From assembly GCF_000011805.1 (NCBI RefSeq), contig NC_006840.2: DNA of 32,000 nt. The stretch is one strand, 5' to 3'. The notes beneath the pieces are model-generated. The model was not told where the DNA came from. It worked only from the letters and a program-made list of their open reading frames with translations, and did no database searches. Below are positions 9,436 to 20,387 of the stretch, piece after piece; position 1 is the first letter of the stretch; each line of letters opens with the position of its first letter. Both the position numbers and the translations under genes were made by a program. This DNA comes from Aliivibrio fischeri ES114. Its GTDB lineage: Bacteria; Pseudomonadota; Gammaproteobacteria; Enterobacterales; Vibrionaceae.

Positions 9436-10050
9436 TTATTTACCACAACATTGTTTAAATTTCTTACCGCTATTGCACGGACAAGCATCATTACGGCCAA
9501 TATCTTTATATGGATTTACTTTCTGGCCTTTATAACCAATTTGCAACTCATCAGCAGCCATTGCGACTTCAAGAATCATCATATCTAATTGTGGAAGCAT
9601 GCTTTTTAGAGTTGGTGGTGTGTCAATCCCCGCTTCTTTCATTTGAGCTTGTGTTTGCTCTTCATCAAGTGCAAGCATTAACGTTGTTAGTAATGCTGAT
9701 AACATACGAGAAGTACCATCACCAATGCTTACTTCAGCCCACATATCTTCAATTAAAGGCCAAACACTCATAAAGCCTTCAGCGAAATCAGCTAATAAGT
9801 CAACGTTCGCAGTATCAATCAAATTGGCAATTTCATATTCATTACGTTTAAGTAATGTGTATTGCTGTTCAATTTGATGAATAACTGCATTTTTAATATT
9901 CAAAGTTACATCAGTACCAACAAGACCATTCAACCATACTTCTGGCTCTAAAGGTTTTGTTGCCATATTTGCAGCAAGCACAGCACCTTCAAGAAATACA
10001 TTTGTGCAGCTTAAATCTGCATCACTTAGAGAAATTAATTGGTACTTCAT
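9436..10050 (-). CDS. yecA: YecA-family protein (UPF0149 domain plus C-terminal SEC-C metal-binding motif)
   Basis: The C-terminus RNDACPCNSGKKFKQCCGK is a SEC-C motif. The acidic helical N-terminal domain is typical of YecA/YgfB. Confidence 0.8.
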   Translation of the reverse strand: MKYQLISLSDADLSCTNVFLEGAVLAANMATKPLEPEVWLNGLVGTDVTLNIKNAVIHQIEQQYTLLKRNEYEIANLIDTANVDLLADFAEGFMSVWPLIEDMWAEVSIGDGTSRMLSALLTTLMLALDEEQTQAQMKEAGIDTPPTLKSMLPQLDMMILEVAMAADELQIGYKGQKVNPYKDIGRNDACPCNSGKKFKQCCGK

Positions 10051-10151
10051 TATTTTTTCACTTTTTAAATTAAGTTTTCGGCGTAGTATAGCGCAAATAA
10101 TTATTAGAGCCTAAGTGCCGTTATTATTAATTTTTGCTTGTTGAGAACATT

Positions 10152-10709
10152 ATGAAAAAACATCGAGGATTTACACTCATAGAGTTGATCGTTGTTATTG
10201 TTATCTTAGGAATTTTAGCCGTTACGGCTGCACCACGATTTTTAAGCTTGCAAAACGATGCTCATAAATCTAGAGCTAAAGGTGTCTTTGCCGAATTCAC
10301 CTCTGGAGTTAATTTGTACCATGCTGCTTGGTTAACACAAGGTGAACCATCAGTCAGTTCAGGTGTAGCTGTAGAGTACGGAGACGAAAAGATATTTCCA
10401 TCTGCTGAAGGGTTTCCACTTGGTACAACAAACCATCAAGGCATTATTACTGGTGAAGGTTGTGGTGAGCTTTGGAATGCATTACTAAATCAAGACTTAA
10501 CTATTTCTGAATATAAAGGTGATGATTTTATTACTTCTAGTACAGATATAGAATATTGGTATGGCTCACCTGTTACAGGTAAACCACAAGCTTGTATGTA
10601 TTACTATACATCAGATATCACTAATAAAAATCAGCAGGGTTATCGACTGAATTATTTCCCATCGACGGGAGAAACGATAATTACTACTTATAACAAAGGA
10701 AGTAAGTGA
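10152..10709 (+). CDS. Type IV pilin-like protein (prepilin N-terminal cleavage/methylation domain), MSHA-pilin-like
   Basis: Start MKKHRG|FTLIELIVVIVILGILAVTAAPRFLSLQND is a class III signal with G-1/F+1/E+5. The AAPRFL.LQ continuation resembles MshA-type pilins. Two Cys residues (GEGCGELW ... KPQACMYYY) could form the usual C-terminal disulfide loop. I chose the ATG at 10152 over the TTG at 10134. Confidence 0.75.
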   Translation: MKKHRGFTLIELIVVIVILGILAVTAAPRFLSLQNDAHKSRAKGVFAEFTSGVNLYHAAWLTQGEPSVSSGVAVEYGDEKIFPSAEGFPLGTTNHQGIITGEGCGELWNALLNQDLTISEYKGDDFITSSTDIEYWYGSPVTGKPQACMYYYTSDITNKNQQGYRLNYFPSTGETIITTYNKGSK

Positions 10710-10732
10710 CATAGGCTGCCTTTCCCCCTACA

Positions 10733-10760
10733 ATCCCACCTCCAATAAAAGAGGTGGGAT
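10733..10760 (+). promoter_or_regulatory. Perfect 10-bp hairpin sequestering the dusC Shine-Dalgarno sequence
   Basis: atcccacctc (10733-10742) pairs with gaggtgggat (10751-10760) around the 8-nt loop caataaaa. The 3' arm contains GAGGTG and ends on the base before the dusC ATG (10761). No T-run follows, so it is not a canonical terminator. Confidence 0.45.
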
Positions 10761-11708
10761 ATGCAAGTAATACTAGGCCCTATGGAGGGCGTACTCGATC
10801 ATTTAATGCGCGAGTTACTAACTGAAATTAATGATTACGATTTCTGTGTTACAGAGTTTGTTCGTGTTGTCGATCAACTGCTTCCCCCTCATGTATTCCA
10901 TCGAATTTGTCCTGAGCTACTAAATAACAGTAAAACTAAATCAGGTACCCCTATTCGTCTTCAACTATTAGGTCAAGAGCCTAACTGGATGGCTGAGAAT
11001 GCTGCGAGAGCAATTGAACTTGGCTCTGACGGTATTGATCTGAATTTTGGCTGCCCAGCTAAAGCGGTAAACAAAAGTCGTGGCGGAGCTGCGCTTTTAA
11101 AAGAGCCAGAGCTCATCTACCAAGTTGTTAAAGCTTGTCGAGATGCCGTAAGTAAAGATAAGAAAGTTACGGCTAAAATTCGTTTAGGCTGGGAAAACCC
11201 TGAAGAATGCTTTGTTATTGCCGATGCCATTAAACAAGCTGGAGCGGATGAACTAACCATTCATGCAAGAACCAAAGTAGATGGGTATAAAGCAGAAGAA
11301 ATTAAATGGGATTACATTAACCAAGTTCGCCAAAAGATTGATATTCCAATTATCGCAAATGGTGAAATCTGGAACTATGATGACGGCCAACGCTGTATTG
11401 CAGCAACAGGAATCGATTCATTAATGGTATGCCGTGGGGCTTTTAATGTGCCCAACTTAGGTAACGTAGTTAAGCACAACCATTCAAAAATGCCTTGGCC
11501 TGAAGTCATTGCTTTGCTTATTCATTATTCGAAGCTTCAAATGGCAGGAGATAAAGGACAATATTACTCAAATCGAGTAAAGCAGTGGCTTGTTTATCTT
11601 CGTCAAGAATATACCGAAGCAAAAGATATTTTTATGGATATTCGAAGTCATAAAAAATCAGAGCCTATCGTTGCCCGTCTAAATCAAGAGCTAGAAAAAG
11701 TAAGCTAG
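10761..11708 (+). CDS. dusC: tRNA-dihydrouridine(16) synthase DusC
   Basis: [42 protein letters not shown]...[11 protein letters not shown]...[10 protein letters not shown] is colinear with E. coli DusC over its full length. Confidence 0.9.
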   Translation: MQVILGPMEGVLDHLMRELLTEINDYDFCVTEFVRVVDQLLPPHVFHRICPELLNNSKTKSGTPIRLQLLGQEPNWMAENAARAIELGSDGIDLNFGCPAKAVNKSRGGAALLKEPELIYQVVKACRDAVSKDKKVTAKIRLGWENPEECFVIADAIKQAGADELTIHARTKVDGYKAEEIKWDYINQVRQKIDIPIIANGEIWNYDDGQRCIAATGIDSLMVCRGAFNVPNLGNVVKHNHSKMPWPEVIALLIHYSKLQMAGDKGQYYSNRVKQWLVYLRQEYTEAKDIFMDIRSHKKSEPIVARLNQELEKVS

Positions 11709-11744
11709 CCTTATTTTTTCGCACATATTTCCCCGAACCAATGG

Positions 11745-11774
11745 CCGAGTTTATGAAAAGTAAACTCGGTTTTT
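11745..11774 (+). terminator. Probable dusC terminator, overlapping the 3' end of the convergent GGDEF gene
   Basis: Stem ccgagttta (11745-11753) pairs with taaactcgg (11761-11769) around a 7-nt loop, followed by ttttt (11770-11774). The hairpin covers the stop codon of the minus-strand gene (11751-11753). Confidence 0.55.
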
Positions 11775-13223
11775 ACCATCTTGTTTCGCCTTATAAAGCA
11801 AGGCATCGGCTTTCTTAATCACATGTTCAAATGAAAATTCTTGATGTGAATCGATTACCGTTACGCCACCAGAAACAGTAAAACCACCTTTAACTACTTT
11901 TCCTGATGAATCCTGAATTGACTTCCTTACACGCTCACAAACACTTTCTAAGCTATTTCTTGATTCAGCATTAATACAGATAACAAATTCTTCACCGCCA
12001 AATCGAGACACAATATCACTATCACGCACACTCTTATTCAGCATTCTCGCGACATATTTAATCGCCTCATCACCCACATCATGTCCAAACACATCATTAA
12101 TTTGTTTGAAGTCATCAATATCATAAATTGCAAAACCAACGTACTTTTTCACAACACGATCTTGTAAGCTCATCTCAAAACCACGACGATTATATAAGCC
12201 TGTCATTGGATCTTGTTTAGCCAAATCACGATAGTATTTTTGAGATACTCGACTTTGGTAATAGAACATAGATAGTAAAGAGAGGATATACATTACTAAC
12301 GTTAAAATTAACGAATTAGAATCATGCACAAGAAAACCTTTCAACTCTTCTTTTATCGATGTTTTGTAATATAAAAAATACGTAAAGTCGGTAAAATCTA
12401 AATTAACTGGTTGCATAAAACGATACTGTTCAAATCTCTTATACTCATCACTGTTTAACAACTGAATATGCTGTGATATTTCATTTGATGAGCGCAAAAG
12501 CTTTTCAACTGAAAGATCAATGACCAATACACCTTTGAATATACCTTTATAGTAAATAGGTGTTGAAAAAGTTAATACTTCAAGCCCGTCAAAAAAAGCA
12601 TCGGTATATGGAGGTGTAAACGTAATGTATTTTTCACTGTCGTTTTTCATACTGTTTTTCCAGTATGGTCGAGAATAAATAACATCAAGCGTTTTTTGCG
12701 ATAAATTCTCAGCAATTTCTTTTGGTGAAGAGATAATATAATTATATTTTGAAATGAAATAGATCCCATGAAGATAGCTTTCATAATCATGGATAAAAGA
12801 AATAACAGGGGCAAGACTCACCTTCTTTGATGCAATTTCATACACTTCAGACGATGGATCACATAAATCTTTTTTACCAGCGATACTATAATCAAGACGT
12901 CCTTCTGCAACTGAAATGTCTTGTTCTGCCATTACCGCATCTAAGTTTTCGCTTGGGCGAATAACACAAAGGCCACTATCTTTCTTAATTTCAAAGTTAT
13001 GATTATAAAAACTACCTTGGTTTTGCTTATATAGCTGCGAAATATTGTAATCCAAAGAAATAATTACTTTAATTGATCGTTGAAGTGAATTTATAATACG
13101 ATCATACTCTCGATTAACTTGACGTTGTACGGAGTTCATGTGGTTATTTAAAATAAAACCTACGATCAACACTAGGAATAGTGTTGGTATAAGAAAGATA
13201 TGTTTTAAATTAAATTTCGGCAT
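11751..13223 (-). CDS. Membrane-bound sensor diguanylate cyclase (GGDEF domain with I-site)
   Basis: The C-terminal GGDEF domain reads DPMTGLYNRRGF...IDDFKQINDVFGHDVGDEAIK...RDSDIVSRFGGEEF, with an RxxD I-site five residues before GGEEF. There is an N-terminal TM helix, then a ~280-aa putative periplasmic domain, then a second TM helix. The start is either ATG 13223 or GTG 13241; neither has a clear SD. Confidence 0.85.
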   Translation of the reverse strand: MPKFNLKHIFLIPTLFLVLIVGFILNNHMNSVQRQVNREYDRIINSLQRSIKVIISLDYNISQLYKQNQGSFYNHNFEIKKDSGLCVIRPSENLDAVMAEQDISVAEGRLDYSIAGKKDLCDPSSEVYEIASKKVSLAPVISFIHDYESYLHGIYFISKYNYIISSPKEIAENLSQKTLDVIYSRPYWKNSMKNDSEKYITFTPPYTDAFFDGLEVLTFSTPIYYKGIFKGVLVIDLSVEKLLRSSNEISQHIQLLNSDEYKRFEQYRFMQPVNLDFTDFTYFLYYKTSIKEELKGFLVHDSNSLILTLVMYILSLLSMFYYQSRVSQKYYRDLAKQDPMTGLYNRRGFEMSLQDRVVKKYVGFAIYDIDDFKQINDVFGHDVGDEAIKYVARMLNKSVRDSDIVSRFGGEEFVICINAESRNSLESVCERVRKSIQDSSGKVVKGGFTVSGGVTVIDSHQEFSFEHVIKKADALLYKAKQDGKNRVYFS

Positions 13224-13286
13224 GTATAAATTCTTTAACACGAAGTGAACAGACTATATTACATACATTTTTGTGCTATTTCTTCC

Positions 13287-13321
13287 AAAAATGTCAGTTT
13301 TAACAGACAACTGACATTTTT
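13287..13321 (-). terminator. Terminator between the FAH-like gene and the GGDEF gene
   Basis: Perfect 13-bp inverted repeat: aaaaatgtcagtt (13287-13299) pairs with aactgacattttt (13309-13321) around a 9-nt loop. A/T runs on both sides give it a bidirectional shape. Confidence 0.7.
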
Positions 13322-13347
13322 ATAGGAATCACAATAATGAATAACTC

Positions 13348-14184
13348 TTAGATAACCTGTTGACTTAACAGAGAAATACCTGATTTTTCAAACGAATTCA
13401 TTTTTGCCATTGTTTCGATTTCGTCACTTGTATATTTGTCACCATCATAAACGACAACAATGCTTTGATCACCAGACTTTAAAAAGTTAGTCTCGCCGTA
13501 TGGAGTGTACCTTGTCGCTCCAATACTAATAATTGCCTGCTTAGGGTAACTAGCATTAGCCAAATAAATAGATAAATTTTCCGCAGGTCCTTCGTCTTTT
13601 TGATTATTCATTTTATCGATAATCCAATCATTTAATTGCTCATGAAAATAGCTGTAATCAATTGCTGCGCTGTCTTCACCATAGCGATTCAATTCACCAT
13701 TTCTCATATGAAAACTTGCAATACGATATTTATCTAACTCACAACCTTTAGTAAATGATGACAATTTGATGAAATCTTGAGAAATACCTTTCGTCTCCGC
13801 CCCCCAATTTTTCTTTTCACTGATTTTTTTTGCATTGGGTTTTCTTATTGAGCAGTCATTGTATGCAGCAAATTTAACTGGAGTCAGTGCCACCACTTTA
13901 TTGTCTTGATAGCTAATATCAAAAACGATTGCTACTTCTGGTTCAATTTGCAGATTATCCGCATCATTTGGCGGAATAATGGTATCAGAAGATAATGGGT
14001 ATTGAGATAGAAAGCCAGCATGTTGTGATGGGACATAAAAAGGAAACAGTGCTTTCGGTTGAATATTGTTCTCAACTTTCACATTCAAAAAATCAGTTGC
14101 TTCGCCCGCTTGCTCTAAATGACCAGCGAAATTACCTGCCACCCCAAAACCGATTACATCTTTAAACATATTGCGCCTTTTCAT
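13348..14184 (-). CDS. Conserved hypothetical protein, divergent fumarylacetoacetate-hydrolase (FAH) fold suspected
   Basis: The ORF has FAH-like motif spacing: NFAGHLEQAG, PKALFPFYVPS, metal-ligand-like IEPEVAIVF (E-x-E), then YNDCSIR (D-x-S-x-R) and KKNWGAETKG. An alternative start is the ATG at 14169 (MFKDVIGFG...), preceded by aaaagg. Confidence 0.5.
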   Translation of the reverse strand: MKRRNMFKDVIGFGVAGNFAGHLEQAGEATDFLNVKVENNIQPKALFPFYVPSQHAGFLSQYPLSSDTIIPPNDADNLQIEPEVAIVFDISYQDNKVVALTPVKFAAYNDCSIRKPNAKKISEKKNWGAETKGISQDFIKLSSFTKGCELDKYRIASFHMRNGELNRYGEDSAAIDYSYFHEQLNDWIIDKMNNQKDEGPAENLSIYLANASYPKQAIISIGATRYTPYGETNFLKSGDQSIVVVYDGDKYTSDEIETMAKMNSFEKSGISLLSQQVI

Positions 14185-14248
14185 AAATAATAAATATCAG
14201 GGCACAATAGTGTATTCTTAAAAATGAATCGATGATGGGGATCGTATT

Positions 14249-16192
14249 TTAAGATTTCTTTGCTTTTCTTTTACGTTTAAATTGTGGTTTAGCTGGACTT
14301 TTTAATGTTCTTAATGACTCTGGTACTGGGCCTTGCTGAACACCTTGCATAAAATTAGTCACTTTTATTTCTAATTCCGACATAAAAGGTCGATAAGCGT
14401 GTGTTTTCTCTGTCATACCTTGAAGCTGAAATTCCCAATGAGCGGTCATGTCCGGGTAAGTTGCTTCATTTGGTAAAGCATGAATAAGCCCTCTACCTGC
14501 TTCACTGGCATGAATGGACTTTCCATTTCGAGTTAATAACTGACGTTTAAATAATGTATCTAAAATACCCGCACGAGTCGCTTCGGTTCCCAGACCATCC
14601 GTATCTCTTAGTATTTTTTTCAGTTCTTTATCTTCCACAAAGCGTGCAATACCTGTCATTGCTTGCAAAAGCGTCGCCTCAGTAAAATGTTTTGGCGGCT
14701 CTGTCATGCGATGTTTTATTTCACCTTCTCGACAAGTGTGAACCTCACCTTTTGATAATGGCGGAACTTTACTCGCTACATCATCATCACTGTTTTGAGA
14801 TTGCACTTTGCCAAGCAGAACTCTCCAGCCAGCAAACAGCATTTGCTTTCCTTTTGCAACAAACACCCCACCAGCAATATCAAACACCAATTCAGCCTCA
14901 GCATAAACCGCAGCAGGATAAAATTGCATTAGGTATTGACGAGCAATCAAATGATACACTTTCTCTTCATAGCCAGATAAGCCAGCTGAACTACTGGATT
15001 TCGGTGTTGGAATAATAGCATGGTGAGCATCCACCTTACTGTCATTCCAAGCTCGCGATTTCAATGAAAAGTCGGCTTTTGTAACAGCTGTTGATAATTG
15101 CTTATCATTATTTCCTATCGCAGCACACACTTGCTCACGCTGTTTATAATGGTCTTTTGGTAAATGACGACTATCTGAACGTGGATAGGTTATTAACTTA
15201 TGCTTTTCATATAATGCCTGACACGCATCTAGCACTTGCTGTGCACTTAGTCCATAACGTTTTGCCGCATCGATTTGAAGCGATGACAAAGAATATGGCA
15301 AAGGCGCATTTTGTTTGGTTTCTTTATTTTCAGCTTTAGTTACTGTCGCCGGTTGATTCGCTATGCGCTGAGCGACATTTTCAACCAGTTTAAGATTAAG
15401 AACTCGTCCTTCTTCATCTTGCCATGGCTGGCATGCATCACTCGGCTTCCATTTTGCTCTGATATCAAAAGGAACACCGTCGTTTAATTGATCATTTTGA
15501 TAAGGGATAAGAGCATCTAACGTGTAATACGCCTTTGGTACAAAATTAGCAATTTCTTCATCACGGCGAGTAACCAAACCTAAAACAGGAGTTTGTACTC
15601 TTCCTACTGATAATACTCCTTGATAACCACCTCGTTGACCTAATAACGTGTAAGCACGTGTCATATTCATACCATATAACCAATCGGCACGAGAGCGTGC
15701 TAAGGCCGAAATAGAGAGAGGAATAAACTCTTGATTACTTCGCATAGAAGTCAACGCACGCTTCACCGCTGGCAGGTTTAAATCACTGATCAATAAGCGT
15801 TGAGTCGCCGCTTTTTTCGTTTTAGATAATTTTAAATAATCCAACACCTCATCCACCAGTAACTGACCTTCTCTATCAGGGTCTCCCGCATGAACGATCT
15901 GCGTTGCATTTTTTAACAACTTTCGAATTACCGTTAATTGCTTACTGGAGGCTTTTCTTGGTCTAAGTTGCCACTGATCTGGCACGATAGGTAAATGCTC
16001 CATACGCCATGATTTATATTTATCATCATATGCATCGGGTTCAACTTGCTCTAATAGGTGACCAATACACCATGTCACAATATCTCCATTGCCGCATTCG
16101 ATGTAACCTTGTTGGTTTTTTTGTGGTTTTGCTAGGCCTGCGGCAATCGCTCTGCCAAGGCTTGGTTTTTCGGCAATAAATAATCGTGACAT
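14249..16192 (-). CDS. topB: DNA topoisomerase III
   Basis: MSRLFIAEKPSLGRAIAAGL...GNGDIVTWCIGHLLEQVEPDAYD...HAGDPDREGQLLVDEVLDYL...ITYPRSDSRHLP is colinear with E. coli TopB. The start is set at ATG 16192 by N-terminal alignment (E. coli MRLFIAEKPS). The track start (GTG 16225) lies upstream of the predicted promoter -10. Confidence 0.9.
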   Translation of the reverse strand: MSRLFIAEKPSLGRAIAAGLAKPQKNQQGYIECGNGDIVTWCIGHLLEQVEPDAYDDKYKSWRMEHLPIVPDQWQLRPRKASSKQLTVIRKLLKNATQIVHAGDPDREGQLLVDEVLDYLKLSKTKKAATQRLLISDLNLPAVKRALTSMRSNQEFIPLSISALARSRADWLYGMNMTRAYTLLGQRGGYQGVLSVGRVQTPVLGLVTRRDEEIANFVPKAYYTLDALIPYQNDQLNDGVPFDIRAKWKPSDACQPWQDEEGRVLNLKLVENVAQRIANQPATVTKAENKETKQNAPLPYSLSSLQIDAAKRYGLSAQQVLDACQALYEKHKLITYPRSDSRHLPKDHYKQREQVCAAIGNNDKQLSTAVTKADFSLKSRAWNDSKVDAHHAIIPTPKSSSSAGLSGYEEKVYHLIARQYLMQFYPAAVYAEAELVFDIAGGVFVAKGKQMLFAGWRVLLGKVQSQNSDDDVASKVPPLSKGEVHTCREGEIKHRMTEPPKHFTEATLLQAMTGIARFVEDKELKKILRDTDGLGTEATRAGILDTLFKRQLLTRNGKSIHASEAGRGLIHALPNEATYPDMTAHWEFQLQGMTEKTHAYRPFMSELEIKVTNFMQGVQQGPVPESLRTLKSPAKPQFKRKRKAKKS

Positions 16193-16223
16193 AAAAAATG
16201 CTGATGTTGTGAATAACATCAGC
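16193..16223 (-). terminator. Rho-independent terminator of fadH, abutting the topB start codon
   Basis: The minus-strand RNA is GCUGAUGUU-AUUCAC-AACAUCAGC-A-UUUUUU-AUG: a perfect 9-bp stem (16223-16215 / 16208-16200), a U6 run (16198-16193), then the topB ATG. Confidence 0.6.
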
Positions 16224-16253
16224 ACTATACCTGTATGAATAGACAGTTATCAA
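16224..16253 (-). promoter_or_regulatory. Putative topB promoter with a LexA box in the spacer
   Basis: On the minus strand: -35 TTGATA (16253-16248), 18-nt spacer, -10 TATAGT (16229-16224). Confidence 0.45.
16231..16246 (-). promoter_or_regulatory. LexA (SOS) box candidate upstream of topB
   Basis: CTGTATGAATAGACAG fits CTGT-N8-ACAG and matches 13 of 16 positions of the gamma-proteobacterial consensus CTGTATATATATACAG. It lies exactly between the putative -35 and -10. Confidence 0.6.
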
Positions 16254-16272
16254 GTTTTTGTTTATTAAGAGG

Positions 16273-18348
<2,076 letters not shown>

Positions 18349-18494
18349 TTACAATTATGCAACATTCATCAAATCTTTTACTTATTACGCATAAATCGTA
18401 CTAATTCTTACTTAGACCTTTCGGCCTAGTTACTTTATTTACTACTTAGAGTAGGATATAGACATAGATCATAAAATGTATAATAAGGAAATAT

Positions 18495-20351
18495 ATGAAA
18501 GGGTTATTCCACTTCATAGGCAAATGTTTTCAAGCGATATGGAAGTTACTTTCCTTTACGCGCCAGCTCGTACTTAATCTGTTTTTTCTCATTTTTATTG
18601 GCGTCATTGCTTTCGCATTCTTAGATAGCACTCCCCCATCAACAGAAGATAAAATTGTTGAACCAAAAGCATTAATTCTCGACTTATCTGGCCCAATTGT
18701 TGAAGAAAGCAAATTTAGAGAGCCATTAGAACGAATTACTTCGGATGTTTTAGGTAGCCAAAAATCACAAGAAAATGTGTTATTTGATATAGTCGATACA
18801 ATTCGTTTCGCAGCACATGACAATAATGTGTCTGGTTTGGTGCTGCATTTAAAAGAAATGAATGAAACCAGCCTCACTAAACTGCGCTATATTGCTAAAG
18901 CGATAAATACCTTTAAAGCCGCAGGCAAACCTGTTTATGCAATTGGTGATTATTACAATCAGAGCCAATATTACCTTGCAAGCTATGCTGATAAAGTATT
19001 CATGGCTCCAGATGGTACTGTTTTGTTGCGTGGCTATGGTGCATATACGCTTTACTACAAAGAGTTGCTAGAGAAACTAAACGTATCTACTCATGTATTC
19101 CGTGTGGGTACATATAAATCTGCAGTTGAACCCTACCTTCGTAATGACATGTCTGATGCTGCAAAAGAATCAGCTTCTGCTTGGTTAACCCAACTTTGGG
19201 ATGCGTACTTAGATGACGTTGCGACCAATCGCCAAATCGATCCAAAAACACTGACAATGCCTATGGATCAATTCATCGCTAAATTAAAATCAGTGAATGG
19301 TGATCTATCGCAAATGATGGTAGAACTGGGTTTAGTCGATAAACTAGCGACACGACAAGAAGTTCGCAAAGATTTAATTGAACAATTTGGTTCAAATGGT
19401 TACGACAGCTTCAAACAAATCAGCTATTACGATTATTTGTCTCAAGTTCAACCAACTGTTATTCCTGACGCACAAGATATCGCTGTTGTTGTAGCAAGTG
19501 GTGCCATTATGGATGGAACAGAACGCCAAGGTACAGTGGGTGGTGATTCTACAGCAGCACTTCTTCGTCAAGCTCGTGGCGACGATAAAGTAAAAGCGGT
19601 GGTACTTCGTGTTGATAGTCCAGGAGGAAGTGCTTTTGCTTCTGAAGTCATTCGTAATGAAATTGATGCATTAAAAGAAGCAGGAAAACCAGTGGTTGTC
19701 TCTATGTCTAGTGTAGCGGCTTCTGGTGGTTATTGGATTTCAGCAAGTGCTGATAAAATTATTGCTCAGCCAACAACAATTACTGGTTCTATTGGTATTT
19801 TTGGCATTTTAACGACATTTGAAAAAAGTTTAGAGAAAATGGGGATCCACAGTGATGGGATCTCAACCTCTCCTTTCAATGGCGTTAGTATTACTCGTCC
19901 TTTAAATGATGATGTTGCTCAAGTTATGCAATTGGGTATTGAACATGGTTACCATCGTTTCATTAAACTTGTCAGCGATCATCGTAACCTATCATTAGAG
20001 GCCGTAGACAAAGTGGCTCAAGGCCGAGTTTGGACAGGTAAAGATGCGTTAAAACATGGTCTTGTTGATCAGCTGGGTGATTTTGATGATGCTGTGCAAG
20101 CAGCTGCTCAATTAGCAAATATGGAATCATACAACCTATATTGGGTAAAAGAGCCACTAACGCCAATGGAGCAGTTCTTAGAAGAATTAAGCATGAACCT
20201 AAATGCGAGCGTCAGAACTGAGTTATTTTCATTCGCTCCTGAAGCTTTGCAACCAACAATCAATAAAGTTGCAACAGATATCAACATGTTAAATAACTTT
20301 AATGATCCAAAAGGGCAATATCTCTTCTGTTTAAACTGTAGCAATCTTTAA
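18495..20351 (+). CDS. sppA: Signal peptide peptidase SppA (protease IV), 67K type
   Basis: 618 aa. The N-terminal anchor LLSFTRQLVLNLFFLIF resembles E. coli SppA. The duplicated ClpP/crotonase-like domains include the catalytic context SMSSVAASGGYWIS. sppA-ansA synteny is conserved. Confidence 0.9.
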   Translation: MKGLFHFIGKCFQAIWKLLSFTRQLVLNLFFLIFIGVIAFAFLDSTPPSTEDKIVEPKALILDLSGPIVEESKFREPLERITSDVLGSQKSQENVLFDIVDTIRFAAHDNNVSGLVLHLKEMNETSLTKLRYIAKAINTFKAAGKPVYAIGDYYNQSQYYLASYADKVFMAPDGTVLLRGYGAYTLYYKELLEKLNVSTHVFRVGTYKSAVEPYLRNDMSDAAKESASAWLTQLWDAYLDDVATNRQIDPKTLTMPMDQFIAKLKSVNGDLSQMMVELGLVDKLATRQEVRKDLIEQFGSNGYDSFKQISYYDYLSQVQPTVIPDAQDIAVVVASGAIMDGTERQGTVGGDSTAALLRQARGDDKVKAVVLRVDSPGGSAFASEVIRNEIDALKEAGKPVVVSMSSVAASGGYWISASADKIIAQPTTITGSIGIFGILTTFEKSLEKMGIHSDGISTSPFNGVSITRPLNDDVAQVMQLGIEHGYHRFIKLVSDHRNLSLEAVDKVAQGRVWTGKDALKHGLVDQLGDFDDAVQAAAQLANMESYNLYWVKEPLTPMEQFLEELSMNLNASVRTELFSFAPEALQPTINKVATDINMLNNFNDPKGQYLFCLNCSNL

Positions 20352-20361
20352 AAGCATGACG

Positions 20362-20387
20362 AGCCCGACACATGTCGGGCTTTCTTT
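20362..20387 (+). terminator. Terminator of sppA
   Basis: Stem agcccgaca (20362-20370) pairs with tgtcgggct (20374-20382) around a 3-nt loop, followed by tttctttat. Confidence 0.65.

Noticed and set aside
13291-13306. Near-LexA-box ATGTCAGTTTTAACAG.
   Set aside because: The first half-site is ATGT, not CTGT, and the sequence is simply one arm plus loop of the terminator hairpin at 13287-13321.
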